Source: Fimbriosthenelais zetlandica (Eukaryota). Taken from it: DNA of 64,000 nucleotides. The first letter of the stretch is position 1. Each line of letters begins with the position of its first letter. Below are positions 27,601 to 41,700 of the stretch, one piece after another. The stretch spans positions 20,646,001 through 20,710,000 of the forward strand of contig OZ365111.1 of NCBI GenBank assembly GCA_977030845.1. Reading direction: 5' to 3'. A program made the position numbers and the translations under genes. The notes beneath the pieces were generated by a model, which saw only the letters and a list, made by a program, of their open reading frames with translations, searched no databases and was not told the origin of the DNA.

Positions 27601-28842
27601 CTAACACTGTTCTTTCCCGAAGAAAAAACACTATAAAACATAGTGGCATCCCCACACAGTAACAGTTTGTAACATAGGGGAAATCTGAAAGACTATTGGT
27701 ATGGTCGCGTGGCACAGTCAAATAAACTAAACATTTTGTGTCCATGCCATCCATTGTTGCATGCTGATGTTCCCATCGCTATACTACTAAAGTTTACTAG
27801 TTTTAAAAAAACCTGTGATTGCAGGCCTAGTATAAAGGACAGGGAAATGGCCCACAATGAGGTACAGTGGTGAATCCCTGCCTTATCGTTTGGATGAATA
27901 TTTATTTAACGGCTTACGACTGGACACCATAAAAATAGACTTAATTTCCATATGTTGGAGTTCATTATTCAGAGCAGTATTGTGTCCAGACTGGGTAACT
28001 AATTCAAGCTTTACCATTGTTTTCCATGTTTCCATTTTGGTTGAAAGAAAATAAAGGGAAACAGCAAGAGACAATAATTCCATTCAACAAAAAGAATAGA
28101 AAAGCCGCTTTTGTAATGGCAATGAAAAGGGAACGAAAAGCATGGAGTCCAACCCCTATTTGGTAAATTTTAATGAAAAATTGGTTTCGAATTTCTATTT
28201 CTCTTTTATCAATGGGTGTCCAAATAGAATACGGAGCTGTCAAAAAGTGGTACTGTTACAAAGAGCTGCTTGGATGACAAAAGTGAAGCAGTCCCAGAAG
28301 TTCTCCATGCCACTATGGGAGAATGCCGATTGCCTTGTCCCTTGAACTCATGAATACAGGAACACCTTCCTCCCAGATGCTGCAATGCAACTGAAGATCT
28401 TATATGGACTCCTGTGCTTCCGCCGTCAAACTGTAACTCAGATGAGCTCCATATTTTAATGACATGAGCTCAGGGATTCGTGGTTATAATACCAGATTTA
28501 TCCCATTCATTTCTTCAAATGATCAAAACCAGTAATTAAATAGGCCTAATTAAAGCCTGCACTTAGATAATTATTGGCCCTTACACTTGTTGAAAGAGGA
28601 TTAAGACATTCAGGAAGATCGTGTTTATCCAGTGTAAGCATACCTTTGTGTTTTGGCCTGAACATTGACCTTCAAGGAAGGCAATGAAGGAGGAATTCCT
28701 GTCTAGTTCATCCCACGTTACCCTAGCAATATACCGCGTGTAGATGGCCAATCAGTAAAATGCACTAGCAGGCGAGATCATGACATTTAATAGACATTCT
28801 ACCCGTTCAAACTGGGTAGAGGACATTCAGGATAGACTTCCG

Positions 28843-28955
28843 AGTCAGAGACGAGGGAAGTATACTTCCAAGTCACAGTACAGGGAAATAGTCAGAGACG
28901 AGGGAAGTATACTTCCATTATGTTAGTCAGAGGCGACAGCTCAAGTATACTTCCA
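28843..28955. repeat. Short direct-repeat array
   Basis: agtcagagacgagggaagtatacttcca exact at 28843 and 28890, with a degenerate third copy at about 28925. Confidence 0.75.
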
Positions 28956-30149
28956 AATTCAGTCAGAGATGATTTCCAAAGGTCAGAAACGAGAGAAATG
29001 TTTCCAAAAGTCAAGTTAATACATGGATGTATAAAATTAAGCAACTTGTCTGAACCATTATCGAACAAAATTAATCAACAATCAAAACCTACCGTGTGAT
29101 ACGATTCCATACTTGTGTATCACAAATTACTATGCAGGTAAAGGGTATCCGGAAAGGGTATCCATCCAAATAAAGCTCCCATTTATAGGTGGAAAGACTG
29201 CACTAGAAATGCCAACTAACGATAGTACAAAAGTGAGATCCTTTGGGTAATGAAGGTTCCCATAGAGACGAAGCAATGTGAATGGCATGGGGTGGGTTTC
29301 CTATAGCTGCCAAGTAGGCTGACCTGGGAGGTTATAGCCACTGAAGGTAAGTGATCAATGATTTAGTGAACAAGTTGTGATATAGCCATCTTCATCCTAT
29401 ACAGGATAGAGCCTCACCCCAAAACACGGTTCAAAACTAATCAACTGAAGCAGCGTGAAAGCCTTTGAATGCTCAGTCAATGCTTGGAATGTATGAACCA
29501 CCACCATGCCAGAATTTTCCATAGACCTCTTATATATTGAAGGTGGAAGTTTAATGAAAAATTTCAACAAATGTGTGATGATCTTTGCAGCTTGCACTAG
29601 TATATAGCTCAACAAATGTTATCTTGTTGGCTCACTTCCTGCAGAGCAGCCAGAGCACTGTTAATATGGAGGCACACAATACGAGTAATTATCACGTCCA
29701 ATATGAGCCATCCCCCATCATTATATCTAAGTGAGGGAGTCAATGTTATATCCTACTGTCATTTCCACTAGTCCCAATATACACACCATCCCCAGGGAAT
29801 CATTATCTATCTCCCCATTGCAAACAGCAACACTCCAGGGTTTTCACTTATATCTCAGGTATTAGGCCCTGGGATGACATCCCCAATGTGACGATGTTGA
29901 TTGGCTTCGACAAAACCGTTAATTAAAGCCACTAATTAAAACAGATTTTACTCCTCTGTTTATAAGGATGGATAATATCCACGTGAAGTGCATTTAGCAT
30001 TGCCAGTATAGAGAAAGTGGAATAAAGCTTGCTCCTTGGATGCAGAAATGTAAGCCAGTGTGGCTCTGAGGTTAGAACAAGGTATAGTCTGGAGGGAAAA
30101 CCTCCTGCTGAGTCCCAGAGGTATAGACTGTCTTTGTTGTGGACGGAAG

Positions 30150-30450
30150 TAAGGTTTCAGGAGGCTGGAATTCTACGTTAATCCGATATCAGTGTACCAA
30201 CAACACAGGGCGCAATGTTTGCACGGGGAACGACTGTAAACTTGCTAGACACAAAATCCCCTGGTAAAATATTCCCCGTGGACAGCTCACTTCCGGGCTA
30301 ATCACGTCGGGAGTTAACAGGATTTTCGCATTTGGTGTGGACAGAAGAGGGCATAAATAGATCCAATAAGATTCCTTTAGATCTTTGCTAACAACTATAA
30401 ATTGATTGGCAGAGTATAGTGGTGTTATACCCAGATAAGCATCCATGGGG
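30150..30450 (-). mobile_element. Decayed L2/CR1-like LINE fragment
   Basis: AYLGIT...F and RPVLLV resemble the YxYLGI and PILLYG motifs downstream of RT, in the right order. Confidence 0.25.
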
Positions 30451-32228
30451 AAAATGGACCATTTTGATTCATGGTGTTAATATAATGTGCTGAAAATTAG
30501 TGTACTAAGGCATTGCTGCGGCGGCCAGGAATTCGGAGCAATGCAGGTAAGGTGCGACTAACTAAACAGCTGAGAATCTTTTTAACGATTCAGAATAAAC
30601 ATTCTCCTTGTATTGGTTTCAGGGCCGGAACGTGTTTTCAGAACTTTCTGAGAAGCTGGTGCTCTGGAATACGGTTAACAAGGCTATCTGTGTTAGACCT
30701 TGTGCTTCGAAAGAGCACACAAATGTTCAGTTATTTCATGCTTTTAATTTCAAGTCTTTGAGGTCCTGAATCCAATCGCCCAAAGCCATTCATCTTATCG
30801 TGTGTATCTTAATCAAACTGGATGGAAGTAGGTCAACGGACTTCCATCTTTTGAATATCTGGTCCAGCAATGATAATCTGATTACCAGCAGTTAGAATGC
30901 TTTATGCTGATTAAATTCTTCCGTTTTTCAAACATTTTCAGGCTTAGCAGTTATAACTTTGACCACGAGATAGAAGTTTAGCTTTTAAACATATGAAAAC
31001 ACATTTATGTATAGAACAATTATATTGTGACCAAGGCGGCACATATATTGACATCCAGACCTAATATCATCAATCTTTAATTCATACATGCCAGGCCTGG
31101 ATTCGGGATATATTGATTAAGCAATATCCTGTATGTAATATATGAAATACATACTCGCATGGAAACTTTGGAAAGACCTATTGGGCAATATATGGCATGG
31201 GAGGGAGGGAGCCAAAGAATAATTGGTATGCGTTGGGCGTTGGAGTTTGAAACACATCCATTTCCACGGGTGGGGCGAGAGGACGGAGGGTATTCTACAT
31301 GCACCCCAAGCCTGGGCTGAAGGCCAGTGTGCTTATACTACTTGCATATATAGCGAGCCTCGGTCATGTAAAGTGCATTGTGCATGGTGCAAAGACAGAA
31401 AACCCAGTCCCAGAGAGATGTGTATGAGTGCTTAAGGCATTACACTGCTTTGCTCTAGTGGAGGTCAGAATCACTTATTTGAACAAATATGTGCATTTCC
31501 AACAGAATCCGAAATGCTGGATCAAACCAATGGAGTTGTACATTGTGATATTGGGCGGAAGTAGCAGGAGACTATATGGGACATTATTAATATGATTTGG
31601 TTTCCGTTGATTATTGCTTGAAAACGCAGTTGATTATAGATTACCCGGTAGTGATCATGCCGGTATAAAATAATTATAATGCCTCGGCTATCACTTCAAA
31701 TTATTACTGACATATCATTCAAAAGTGGTTTATTCACTCATCAGAATATCACAATAGATAGAGAACAAAGACCGCCACCATACAATCTAGAGTGGGTAGG
31801 GTTAGTTATACTCCAACAAAAATTGATAATATTCAATGAGGTCTGATGTATACAGAGACCTAAAGAGTGGGGATGGTGGTCAATCATACATGTGCATAGA
31901 GATCCCAAAGGGATTTGTATGAGAGCTCTGGGTATCACCGCATATAGATTGAGCAAAAGTATGCAAAGGCATACTTGTATATATCACGATATGTCAGAGC
32001 ACCGAAAGAAGGTGCAATATATCAGACCTCTCTACCCCAATCTTGGACGTTCAGCCTTTCCTTTTCCTTTCACTAATCCTACCTCCTGTGTGCTCCTCAC
32101 ACCAACTCCCACTAACTAAAATCCCCACTTGGCCAGACTGTATAGGCTAGAGGGGCAGTGGCATGTCCTCTTGAGTGAAGACTTGGGTTTTATGTTCGCT
32201 GGTCAAAGGCAATTCATTGAGATTCACT

Positions 32229-32546
32229 CTGGATGGCTGGTCTGAAACAGACTATACTGATAGAAATTACTCTTTCGAGAAATGGTCAGGACGGTGGTTC
32301 AAGTGATCGAGGATAAGGTCAACAGTGCTAGTTGAGCCACGGGACAAGGCTGTAGATTTTAATAATAGTGCAACCAGTGAAATGTTTCTGGATGGCTGGT
32401 CTGAAACAGACTATACTGATAGAAATTACTCTTTCGAGAAATGGTCAGGACGGTGGTTCAAGTGATCGAGGATAAGGTCAACAGTGCTAGTTGAGCCACG
32501 GGACAAGACTGCAGATTTTAATAATAGTGCAAGCAGTGAAATGTTT
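32229..32546. repeat. Tandem duplication, 2 x 159 bp
   Basis: 32229-32387 and 32388-32546 differ at only 3 positions by eye. Confidence 0.9.
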
Positions 32547-32555
32547 AAAATACTC

Positions 32556-32827
32556 TCCCTGAAGCGACCACCTACCTTTAGTCTATAGACCACTTTTGGT
32601 CAGTCCAAAAGGTGGTCACTTTAGGGAAGAATCATGTAGTAAGTGACCATCATCGGTTCTGAGCAAAATCTATCAGACTAATCTGATTATGGATGTGGTC
32701 GCATTAGGGGGTGGGGGTCACACATTACTGTGGGCAGATTGATGTTGGTTATTTCCAATTTGTAATAGGCCTACTATAAAGGAGTGGTCGTTTTGGGGGA
32801 GTGGTCGTTAGTGTAGACTTAACTGTA
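32556..32827. mobile_element. Fragments of a Tc1/pogo-type MITE
   Basis: Repeated gcgaccacc, gaccactttt and ggtggtc motifs. One end reads, on the minus strand, TA-CAGTtaaagtctacactaacgaccac, as expected for a TA target site plus a CAGT terminus. Confidence 0.35.
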
Positions 32828-33489
32828 TAGGAAGACAAAAGGTGATCGAGCAGAGAGTGAAAGACAATGAAGGAAAGATGGATTGAAGCTATGTAAATAT
32901 AGTAGCAATTACACACCAACACGGTGTTGTACAACAATAGGCTAAAGCATTGTTGTACAACACATTGATAGTCCAAGAGATAGGATAAACAAAAAATGTA
33001 GAGAATATCTGTTGGATACAACACCTGAAATGGATAGGAGGAGGAAAGACATCAGCATCAACAAGTCCAAGGGAAATGGCCTTCGATCATGCAGTTTCCC
33101 CCTCATCACACAATAAAGTTAAGCAAGGATTTTCATAAAATCCCACATCATTCAAAATCAAACCACAGATAAAAACATTTACAATCCACAATGTGTTGCC
33201 GACGAATGAGGGGCAGAGATCGATAAGAGTAGATAAATACCAGAGCTCGACCCGAGCCAATGAATACTGACGGCCACGAGCCAGGCGAAGCGATAATCCT
33301 CACGTCAATCCCAACATCTACACTTTATCCTGCTATAAGATCCACACAGTCTCTATAATTAGATCATACTCTACACTATAAACACCAATGTATACCCATT
33401 GTTTGTCCTTATTTCTCACTCTTTATTAATTCTTCCTCTCCCTAATGCTTTCGAGTTCCCTCTCAATTTTCCGTCGGTAATTTTTCATT

Positions 33490-33566
33490 ATCTCTCTCTA
33501 TTCTCCTCCCCAGTCTCTATTTAACCCTCTCTCTCATGCTCCTCTGTCCATCTTACTACATTTCTC

Positions 33567-33597
<31 letters not shown>

Positions 33598-33812
33598 TCC
33601 TTTTCTTTCTTTCTCTCATTCCCCCATGTTCTCTTTATTGTCTCTCCCTCTCTCATCCCGCGCCTCTCTCATTCCCTCTCCCTCTCTATTCCCCTCAGTG
33701 TCTCTCATCACTCTTCCCCTCAGTTTCTCATGTGATCACTCTGTGTATCGCCCACCCCCCTCCCTCCCTCTATTCCCCCCTCTCTCTATCTCTTTCTCTC
33801 TCACCCCTTCCC
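33490..33812. repeat. CT-rich low-complexity tract including (TTTC)n
   Basis: Visible directly; it explains track ORF 33536..33934. Confidence 0.85.
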
Positions 33813-34737
33813 TATCTATAAAGAGAATCTCACAATATATCCCTCACCGCCCTTCATGCTTCGCCTCATTCATTGCTCCAGTCAGCACCTTTGTGCAGCC
33901 AGACAGACCTACAATTACTCACAGCCTTGTATGATTCCATACTCCAAACATCAAACAGCAAAGAGAGAAACGTAGAGCTTTGATTACAGAATGTGATTCA
34001 ATAGTCCAATATATTCACAAGTAGCCCACACACTTATACTGAACTCTTTATATATTGTCTATGTCACTTATTCTAAAATGTAAATTGAGCAGAGCATTCA
34101 CTTGAAATAATGCAGCTTCTCAATATTTTATAAAGATAGAAAATTCACTTTCAGTATCATTTTCTGAAGAGGTGTACCATCAAGTGAATATTATGTGGTT
34201 CAGAATAGACACTAGAATCAGTAGAATGAAATAGTCATTCATAGTTTTTTGTAGTTAATGAATACCATTGTATTCCATATTGTGCTATGCATTATAAGAC
34301 TCCCTGCAACAGAGTATGCTGGATTTAAGATGCCGGATATAAAATGAAATATTCCCGTACAATTTATTCTGCGGCAATAAATATACAATAAAACGTTATC
34401 CTAGCCAGGACAGAAGAGTTGAAGGAATAATCTCAGATGATCACACAGTGGGAGATAGGGGATGTGTAGGACCGTGCCATAGGGACTGCTCAAAAACAAG
34501 AAATAGTCTTGATTGGGATTAAGATCGAGGCCATTAGCTAATTGGTCGTACAACTCGATGGTGGGTAGAAGGAGCCACATGGGAGTGGGTAGTTGCTAAT
34601 CTAAAATACCCTACAACATGGGACCTGGGATTTTAGAGAAACGAGCCATATATTGTCTAGCTGTCTTAGAACTACCCTGTATTTATATGTATGCACTGTA
34701 AAAGTAAATTTGGTATATAACACTAAGAGTCCCATAT

Positions 34738-34814
34738 ACACTCATTGAGTCACTCACTCATTCATTCACTAATTGAGTCACTCACTCACTCATCGAGTCA
34801 CTCATTCAGTCATT
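34738..34814. repeat. Degenerate (CACT/CATT)n microsatellite
   Basis: Visible directly; contains TGAGTCA twice. Confidence 0.8.
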
Positions 34815-36567
34815 TATAATAAAGGACCATGGCCCTCCATTCCCCCTCAGTTTTTAGAATGTACCTGGGTCGCTGGGGATGTGGACTAAATTGAACCTCC
34901 CCTCTAAAGTCCTTCCTTCTCTGGAAGCTTATGTTTTGTCATTTGTGTGAGAGCTTTTAGCACGTCGCTATAGGAAATAAGGGGGACACAAACCTGACCT
35001 AAGACATTTTTACGAAGAGCACAGCACAAAGCTGAATAATGTAACAAAGATTATATTTGTATTGTTGGGAACCAAGGCATTCGATCCCAATAATACAAAT
35101 ATACTCTTTTCTCCCATATACATAGCCTATATTTTTTATTTGCATCCACTCATTCAACCCTAGTTTCTGAAGTATATTTTTAGAACCTTCTATACGAAAA
35201 ATTGCCTCGTGAATGGGACAATAATTATAAAACGAGGCAAATTTTAATTGCTATTCTATCCAGGCATGATATTAGAGTCAATAATCGATTTCCTAAAATT
35301 AGCAACTTGCAGAACAGCGTAAACCGTTTTAATTAGGGAAAATGTAATGACTCTTAATTGATATGACAGCCAAAACAATCTTCAAACTAAGCTTAGGTTC
35401 ACTGAACTTTTATATGTTCACTGAACCAAGTAATAAGTATAGGGCCAATGAAGAAAATGGAATGGAAAGAAATCTAGCATATATAATATATATGAAAGTG
35501 GGTTGTATGCACTAAACAACAATGAAAATGCCCGTCTATATGGCATGTCTATATATCTAAGTGTCTCTCGCTATTGCTATAATGTTTGAAAACTGCTCGT
35601 ATGTCAACATAGAGCGAGACAAACGTTGAATCGTGCTTTAGTACAGTACGCCCAACCAATATAGGTCATGAAATCACATGGCATCAGCAGATTTTTCTCT
35701 CTTTTTACAAACTTTTTAGTGACAAAATTCCTGGATTTATGCAAAGGTTTTTTTTATGATAGTATGACTGGAAGTGGGATGGAATGAAATTATATTGGGT
35801 GCATGTATGGCTGCATGCGGCAAACAGTGCAGCCCTGTGGGACATCTGTTTAATAGGTGGCTGTTCCATGCTAGAGAGCAATAGCGATAGAATCATTGAT
35901 CATAGTGTCTGTGTTCATCAACCATGACATGTCCCCATTCACATGCTGATCGATGAATTGAACACTAAACATTGGGAGGATGTCTCCACATATTAGCCAA
36001 CTGTTTATAACCTCCATAACTACTTGACTATCTGATGGTGCACTGCCAGGAGTTGGCATGGGGGTGAATCGTATACAAATTACAAGTTACATTTTACTTC
36101 AAATGAAACAGTTGCATGCCTCAAATGAGTGAAAAAAAACATTTCAGTAGTCATTGAGGAATATTGATACCAATGAAATGATGGTGAAACATGTAGAATT
36201 GGGTGGATATATAAATGTGAATTTACACGATTATAAATATATGATTTAGATCCATGAACATATAGCAATACACCCATATGTATAAGACTTCAGTGAATGC
36301 CCTAGGGAATTAGTCAATCGCATAAAAAAAAGTTGAGACATTTAACTGCATATTGCCTCAAGGAATGTTCTTGATTACATTGAAAATCACACAATTATTG
36401 TTATCCGTTATATAGCATGAGTGATATATATACAGTGTAGTATTTAGGACTATTGGTGCAACATGTGTTGCATTATATACCATATGCAGGCCAATATTGG
36501 GCTCCAATGGTGAGAGTAATCTATCCATGAACCCATGGAATAAAGATCTCAATGATCCTTTACTCAC

Positions 36568-36690
36568 CTCTTGCATGTGGTTATGTGTGCCAAACTTGGA
36601 CTTTCTCCTGCCCTCCATATTGCCGATTACCACCTAACACCTCACGCCATGGAGCAAATAATCCCCAGCTCCTCCAGTGCTTTTTACATG
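36568..36690 (-). other. Candidate alternative RyR exon; ATG at 36618 encodes MEGRRKSKFGTHNHMQE in phase with exon 2
   Basis: Donor GAG|GTGAGT and upstream acceptor ...tatacctttag|. There is an in-frame TAG six codons before the ATG, and the start context is aatATGG. Confidence 0.3.
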
Positions 36691-39446
36691 CTAAAGGTAT
36701 ATAGAATCCCCGAGATGGATATAGAAGAGGGAGGCGGAAGAAGCCTATAGTATATAGTGCCTATATAGAAATCCAACTGTTGCTTTTTGTGGATAGAGAT
36801 AGATAGAAAGCGATCATGTAGAATACCAATGCCTGCTACATGTTGCCTCTGATGCATTTAGATCCCTGCTTCACTGCGCTAGATCACACACTCTCTACCT
36901 CCTGCATGGCCCCCTCCTCTGTTGCATTCATGCAGATGGCGTTGGCTCCGCTCTGGTAGCTTTCCCACTGTCCTCTATGGTAAACAAATCACCCATCGTT
37001 TGCCTCGGGATAAAAAGACCACAACATTGCTGCAGGTAATCCAGAATTGCTGCATGGAGGCCCAGCTGCCTATACTATAGCCCAGCGGCACTGCTTGTTT
37101 GGGATGGGTGAAAAAACGTATGACAATTGAAAATGGTGAAAGGTAGGAAGGCAATGGTTGCCATGGCATACAAAGAGGATGGGTGGGGAGGTAGGGAGGC
37201 TGATGAAACCTGCTGAGCTGTCGATGGAGATGACCACATGGAGAAAACCGAGAAGGTAGGTCGAGAGAGAGAGGGAGGGAGGGAGAGTGTGGGAGGATGC
37301 ATCAAGATCTGGCAAATGGAAGGCGAGGCACGGAGGAAGGAGCTAGACTTAGTTCATTACCATTAGTCCCAATTTGAAGCTCACGATGTTGGTGCATGCA
37401 ATATGGTGGTGTCAGTGACCACCACTTTCAGCTACCATTTCCTTGCATCTTTCTAGCACCAACACTTCCCCCCTGAGACCCATGCTTGGGTTCCCTTAGC
37501 ATCTCCCCCCAAGGATGCTGATGCTGATGAATGGAAGGGATGAGGGAGCTTTTCCCCTTCCCTTCACTTGATGTAGTGGGCAGTGGGCAGGGGGAGAGGG
37601 ATCCGGGCCAAGAGGTCAAACATCAACAGCTGTTTGTACAGCAAATTCCTAATGGCATTTACAGATCATGATCGGGGTGAGAAGGAAAAGGTCCCTTCCC
37701 TATAGGATCAAGATCAATGACCATTTGACATGATCCAGAATAGCTATTCGCCATAATCAGGAATTGGCCAAAGCAGGCGATTAAGGGTGACAGAATGACA
37801 CTAAATGGTAGGTAGTATATAGCAAGAAGCGCCATCTACAAAGGGCTATACTGCCAGACGCACATGCTCTTGGGAAAAAAGCCAAGGCATTTCAAATAGT
37901 TGTTTAATGTCCAACTATTTCAGGTATTGCAGGAAAAGTATAGGAAACACAATGTTGGTACTGCCTGCACTTCTCGGGTGGCAGGAATAGTTATCACATT
38001 GCAAATACAAATTACATGATGGTCCTGTAAAATTCAAAGGACCGTATAGTTTAAAATATTCAGTTCTGAAATACCGGATTCGGATTCAATAGCTCACTAG
38101 CACAAGCTGACCAGAAACTTCATAACTGCACCCAAGCTTTGCATTCCGTAACTGCACCCATAGTTCAATCCAAATTATAAGATGCATAGACAATGTTATA
38201 GCCATTGGTATTCCATTTATAGCAGCATCAAATATAGAAGTTGGAGGCAATATGTGAGTAAAATCTACACAGAAGTCTCAAATTTCTATTCATATAGCCT
38301 AAGTTAATTGGACTATATGGTCCAATACCATACATTTTAAGAGATCTGACATATTGATAAAATCAGCAATGTCACATAAAATGCTATTATGTCAAAGTTG
38401 TAAAGGTAATTACTTGTTTGCCTTGTATTAGGCTAAGAGGCCTCTCTTCAATCTTCAGTCACAGATCAATTCACACAAGGCCAATACCTGCTCTGTACGA
38501 TCCAGCACAGGCTGGATCAATCTGACACTGTGTATAGAATTATTACCGGTGCCATAATCTATACTGCTTTTACAATAAACAACCCATGGCAATGCCTTAC
38601 CTCAAGCAAATGATGTTCGCTATCATAGAGATAGAGGAAATCTGCATCATAATCCATTTTTCGCTTGTAATTTTGTCATGTATTAAATCAATGGAACACT
38701 GCAGGGAGGCAGAATGGCCGGGGTAATTCACAATATGCACGATCTGATACCGAATCAAAGGTCGAGGGACAGGCACTATGGCACAACAATCAACCGATCA
38801 GTAAATTTTGACAAGGCTGTCTTAAATCCTGCCCAAAATGTGTATCTAAAAGACCCATTTTCTTTTTATAAATTAATTTTTCCAGCTGTACAAAATATTC
38901 ATATTTAATTGAGAACATGTTGTGCACTGTACTTAAATTTATTATTTATATATCTACAGCTGGGTTCATAGAAATGTCTACCACTGTATTTAATAGTTTT
39001 GTGGTAAATATATATACAGAAGCCCACACCGGGGTCATTACAAGTAGGCCTATGTAAAGCTGCACAGTAGCCAACATATAGCGGCTCAAATGATTCTAAT
39101 TGTCAGGGCTATTGAAAGGTGTGGGTGCAGGCTTGCATTTCAAGATAAGATTTATTAGCGTCATTTTCCATTTAATGAAGTGTATAGACTGCACCTCCCC
39201 ACTCAATGCTACGATTCACGGACCGTATAAGCCGATGCATTTCATAAAAACAGGTGGAGTTTATGCTGTGGCATACAAATATCCAATTTGGCAGCAACTG
39301 CATGTTCGGAAAATTCCTGTATACAAATGATTTAATACGAGTATTATTGCATATTCAAAGGTACATGTATATCATACGATATTTACAGGCTCAACTGTGG
39401 TTGCAATTGTTGGGTTACGAGTGAAAGTATCTGGGGTCGATATAAT

Positions 39447-39580
39447 ATAGAGAGGGAGAGCGAGGGAAAAACTTAGGGAAAGAGAGATATAAAGAGATAG
39501 AGGGAAAGAGAGAGAGAGAAAGAGCGAGTGAGTGATGCTGGTAGGGAAGGGGAAAGATGGAGAGAGAGAGGTAGAGGGAC
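39447..39580. repeat. GA-rich low-complexity tract
   Basis: Visible directly in the sequence. Confidence 0.8.
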
Positions 39581-40869
39581 AATAGATTGTATCCAATAAG
39601 TGTATAAAAAATGATCATTTCAGCTTTCCCTGCCGACTATAACCATGCTTCCATTCCATACCACTATCCACAGCGTATCTATACAAACGGCTATTTTAGG
39701 CCCACATGACCGGATAATCCAGCAATTACGAGTCCAATCATGTCAGCTAATCCACGGTTTGCCACCGTGAAATTATTTATTACATTATCTCCATTGATGC
39801 AGACTGCATTATTTGCATGCCAACAATGCAGACCTGTGGAAGGTCGAAGATTTATACATTATAGTGAAAATGGTATCCCGACTACTACTGATAAAACATA
39901 ATGCATACTTCAGAGGTGAAAATTTAGACCACCTATACAATTGAATTGCGTTCAGCAGTACACATAGTGATGGAATTCCCTCATGTTATTGTTCAATCTA
40001 ATATATATTTGCTTTCATTCCATAATTATAAAGGAATGGAGATTTTATGATTGAAATTCTGTCTTCAACCATGCGCATAGGCACATGGCCGACACAGCAT
40101 TAATAAAACCTGTAAAAGGAAGAAAGAAAGGGGAAAAAATCATGAAATGACAACGAAAGGCTTTCTCTTTCTATGATTATGAATTAATTCAATTCTGGAC
40201 GCCTGGGAACTATTCCTGTTGAAGTGCGAAACCAGAAATTGATCATGTCTCGAAGGGTTCTTAACAGATGAAAAACACTTCAAGCTAGGTGGAAACGAGT
40301 CTTCTGCAAGAGGGAAAATGGATGGCTTCATATAGAATTTGACTATAGAGAAGACCTATATAACGGCGAAATAACTGCGATGCATACTGAAATGATTTCT
40401 AGATGGCTTACTTACAATTTTACTTACAATTTGCCAACCGAGATACAATATGATTCATACCAACTGGCTGTGGATGTACCAAGATATTAATTTTGTGGAC
40501 AGGTGTGAGAAAGCACCATTATAAATAGGTCCCTGGAAACACTATAGATGTATTTTCTCAGAACATATATCCCTTTCTGCGGGCTAGAGAAACACATTTA
40601 CCTGAATCACCTATACACCAAATGAGCAATCCCAGGTGTAACCATGTTTCAGCCAGCGAGAAAATATATGAAGGAAAAATGCTTTACTTCTATTAAAGGT
40701 CTTTCAAATTCTCGATAATACAAGAACCATATGTATCTCCCGAAGGGCTTGCATGGAGGCAGCCCTGGAAATATTATGTATTGCGAAAATGCCACTAACA
40801 ATGAAGTAGTGAATATAAATTTATTTAACGTGCAGACAGCAAATATTCAGTTATATCCGAGGAAATGCG

Positions 40870-41700
40870 CTGTTGGTACACGATGGTCTGCTATTCTCAA
40901 ACAGCAGCAATGGTTCTTTTACATGCCTCTCATCACACCACCAACATCAATTAAAAAAAGGGGTGGTGAGAACTAATTTATAAGACCTCCAATGACAACA
41001 CTGTTTGCTACTGTCTTCTGGTACAGTTCTACCAGTGTCATCCTTGCCATCCATCTGTAGGCGGGGCAGGAACAGGGCCTTTGATTCCTACCTTTTTGCT
41101 TCGAGTATTAAAGCCAAGCAAATGGGAACACGTTTGTGGATGGAAGGGAAGGTCATGAATACATTCATTCTACGCTCCATGCTTTTGTCCTCAAAGGCCA
41201 GGGGTCTGGGTTCCATCAGGAAGTCCATCTGCTCAATAGAGCCAGGAGCCCGGGGTCTGGATTTCCCCTCTAAGATAACCTTCAGTGGTGTGTGCATGTG
41301 GAGATAATACCTTAAGTGAGGGAGGAAAGGCAGAGCATAGTGTAGAAAACAATAAAAAGGCATTGCTGGCAACAATATTCAATGCCAATGGCTTGCTGCT
41401 CCGCCGTCATTGGCCGAGTGATTGGCAACTGGAGGTTGTAATTGAAGACACTGTGAAAGATGAGGCATTGAGTCAATGTATAATTTGGCACTTAACATTT
41501 TCTCCTCGGGGATTAACAGTGGAAGGGAGAGAGAATAGTTTCTGAATTTGCCTCTTTGCCAGATTAGCTTTTCCAAGTGTATGGTACAACTGCTGAGGGA
41601 GTACATGGCAATCGATTGGTGCACACAAGGAAATGACGAGGTGAAATGAAGCATTGTGAAGGAATTATTCAAATCCTGCCCACCACATGGCATCCCATGT
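40870..41700 (-). mobile_element. Decayed repeat, possibly Ngaro-type ORF1, with a paralogous fragment near 45160
   Basis: LEKLIWQRGKFRNYSLSLP resembles KEKIWxGEFxxFSxLLP. The segment ttctc(a/g)aacagcagcaatggttcttt(t/c)acatgc occurs at about 40873-40905 and again at about 45159-45190. Confidence 0.3.

Noticed and set aside
28843-28955. Repeat-spacer-like pattern (28-bp repeat with short spacers)
   Set aside because: Only 2-3 degenerate copies with irregular spacing in a eukaryotic intron and no cas genes; not a CRISPR array.
29630-29641. Possible 3-nt microexon (tgctctgcag|GAA|gtgagc) on the RyR sense strand
   Set aside because: The pyrimidine tract is weak and such a short pattern is expected by chance in 52 kb.
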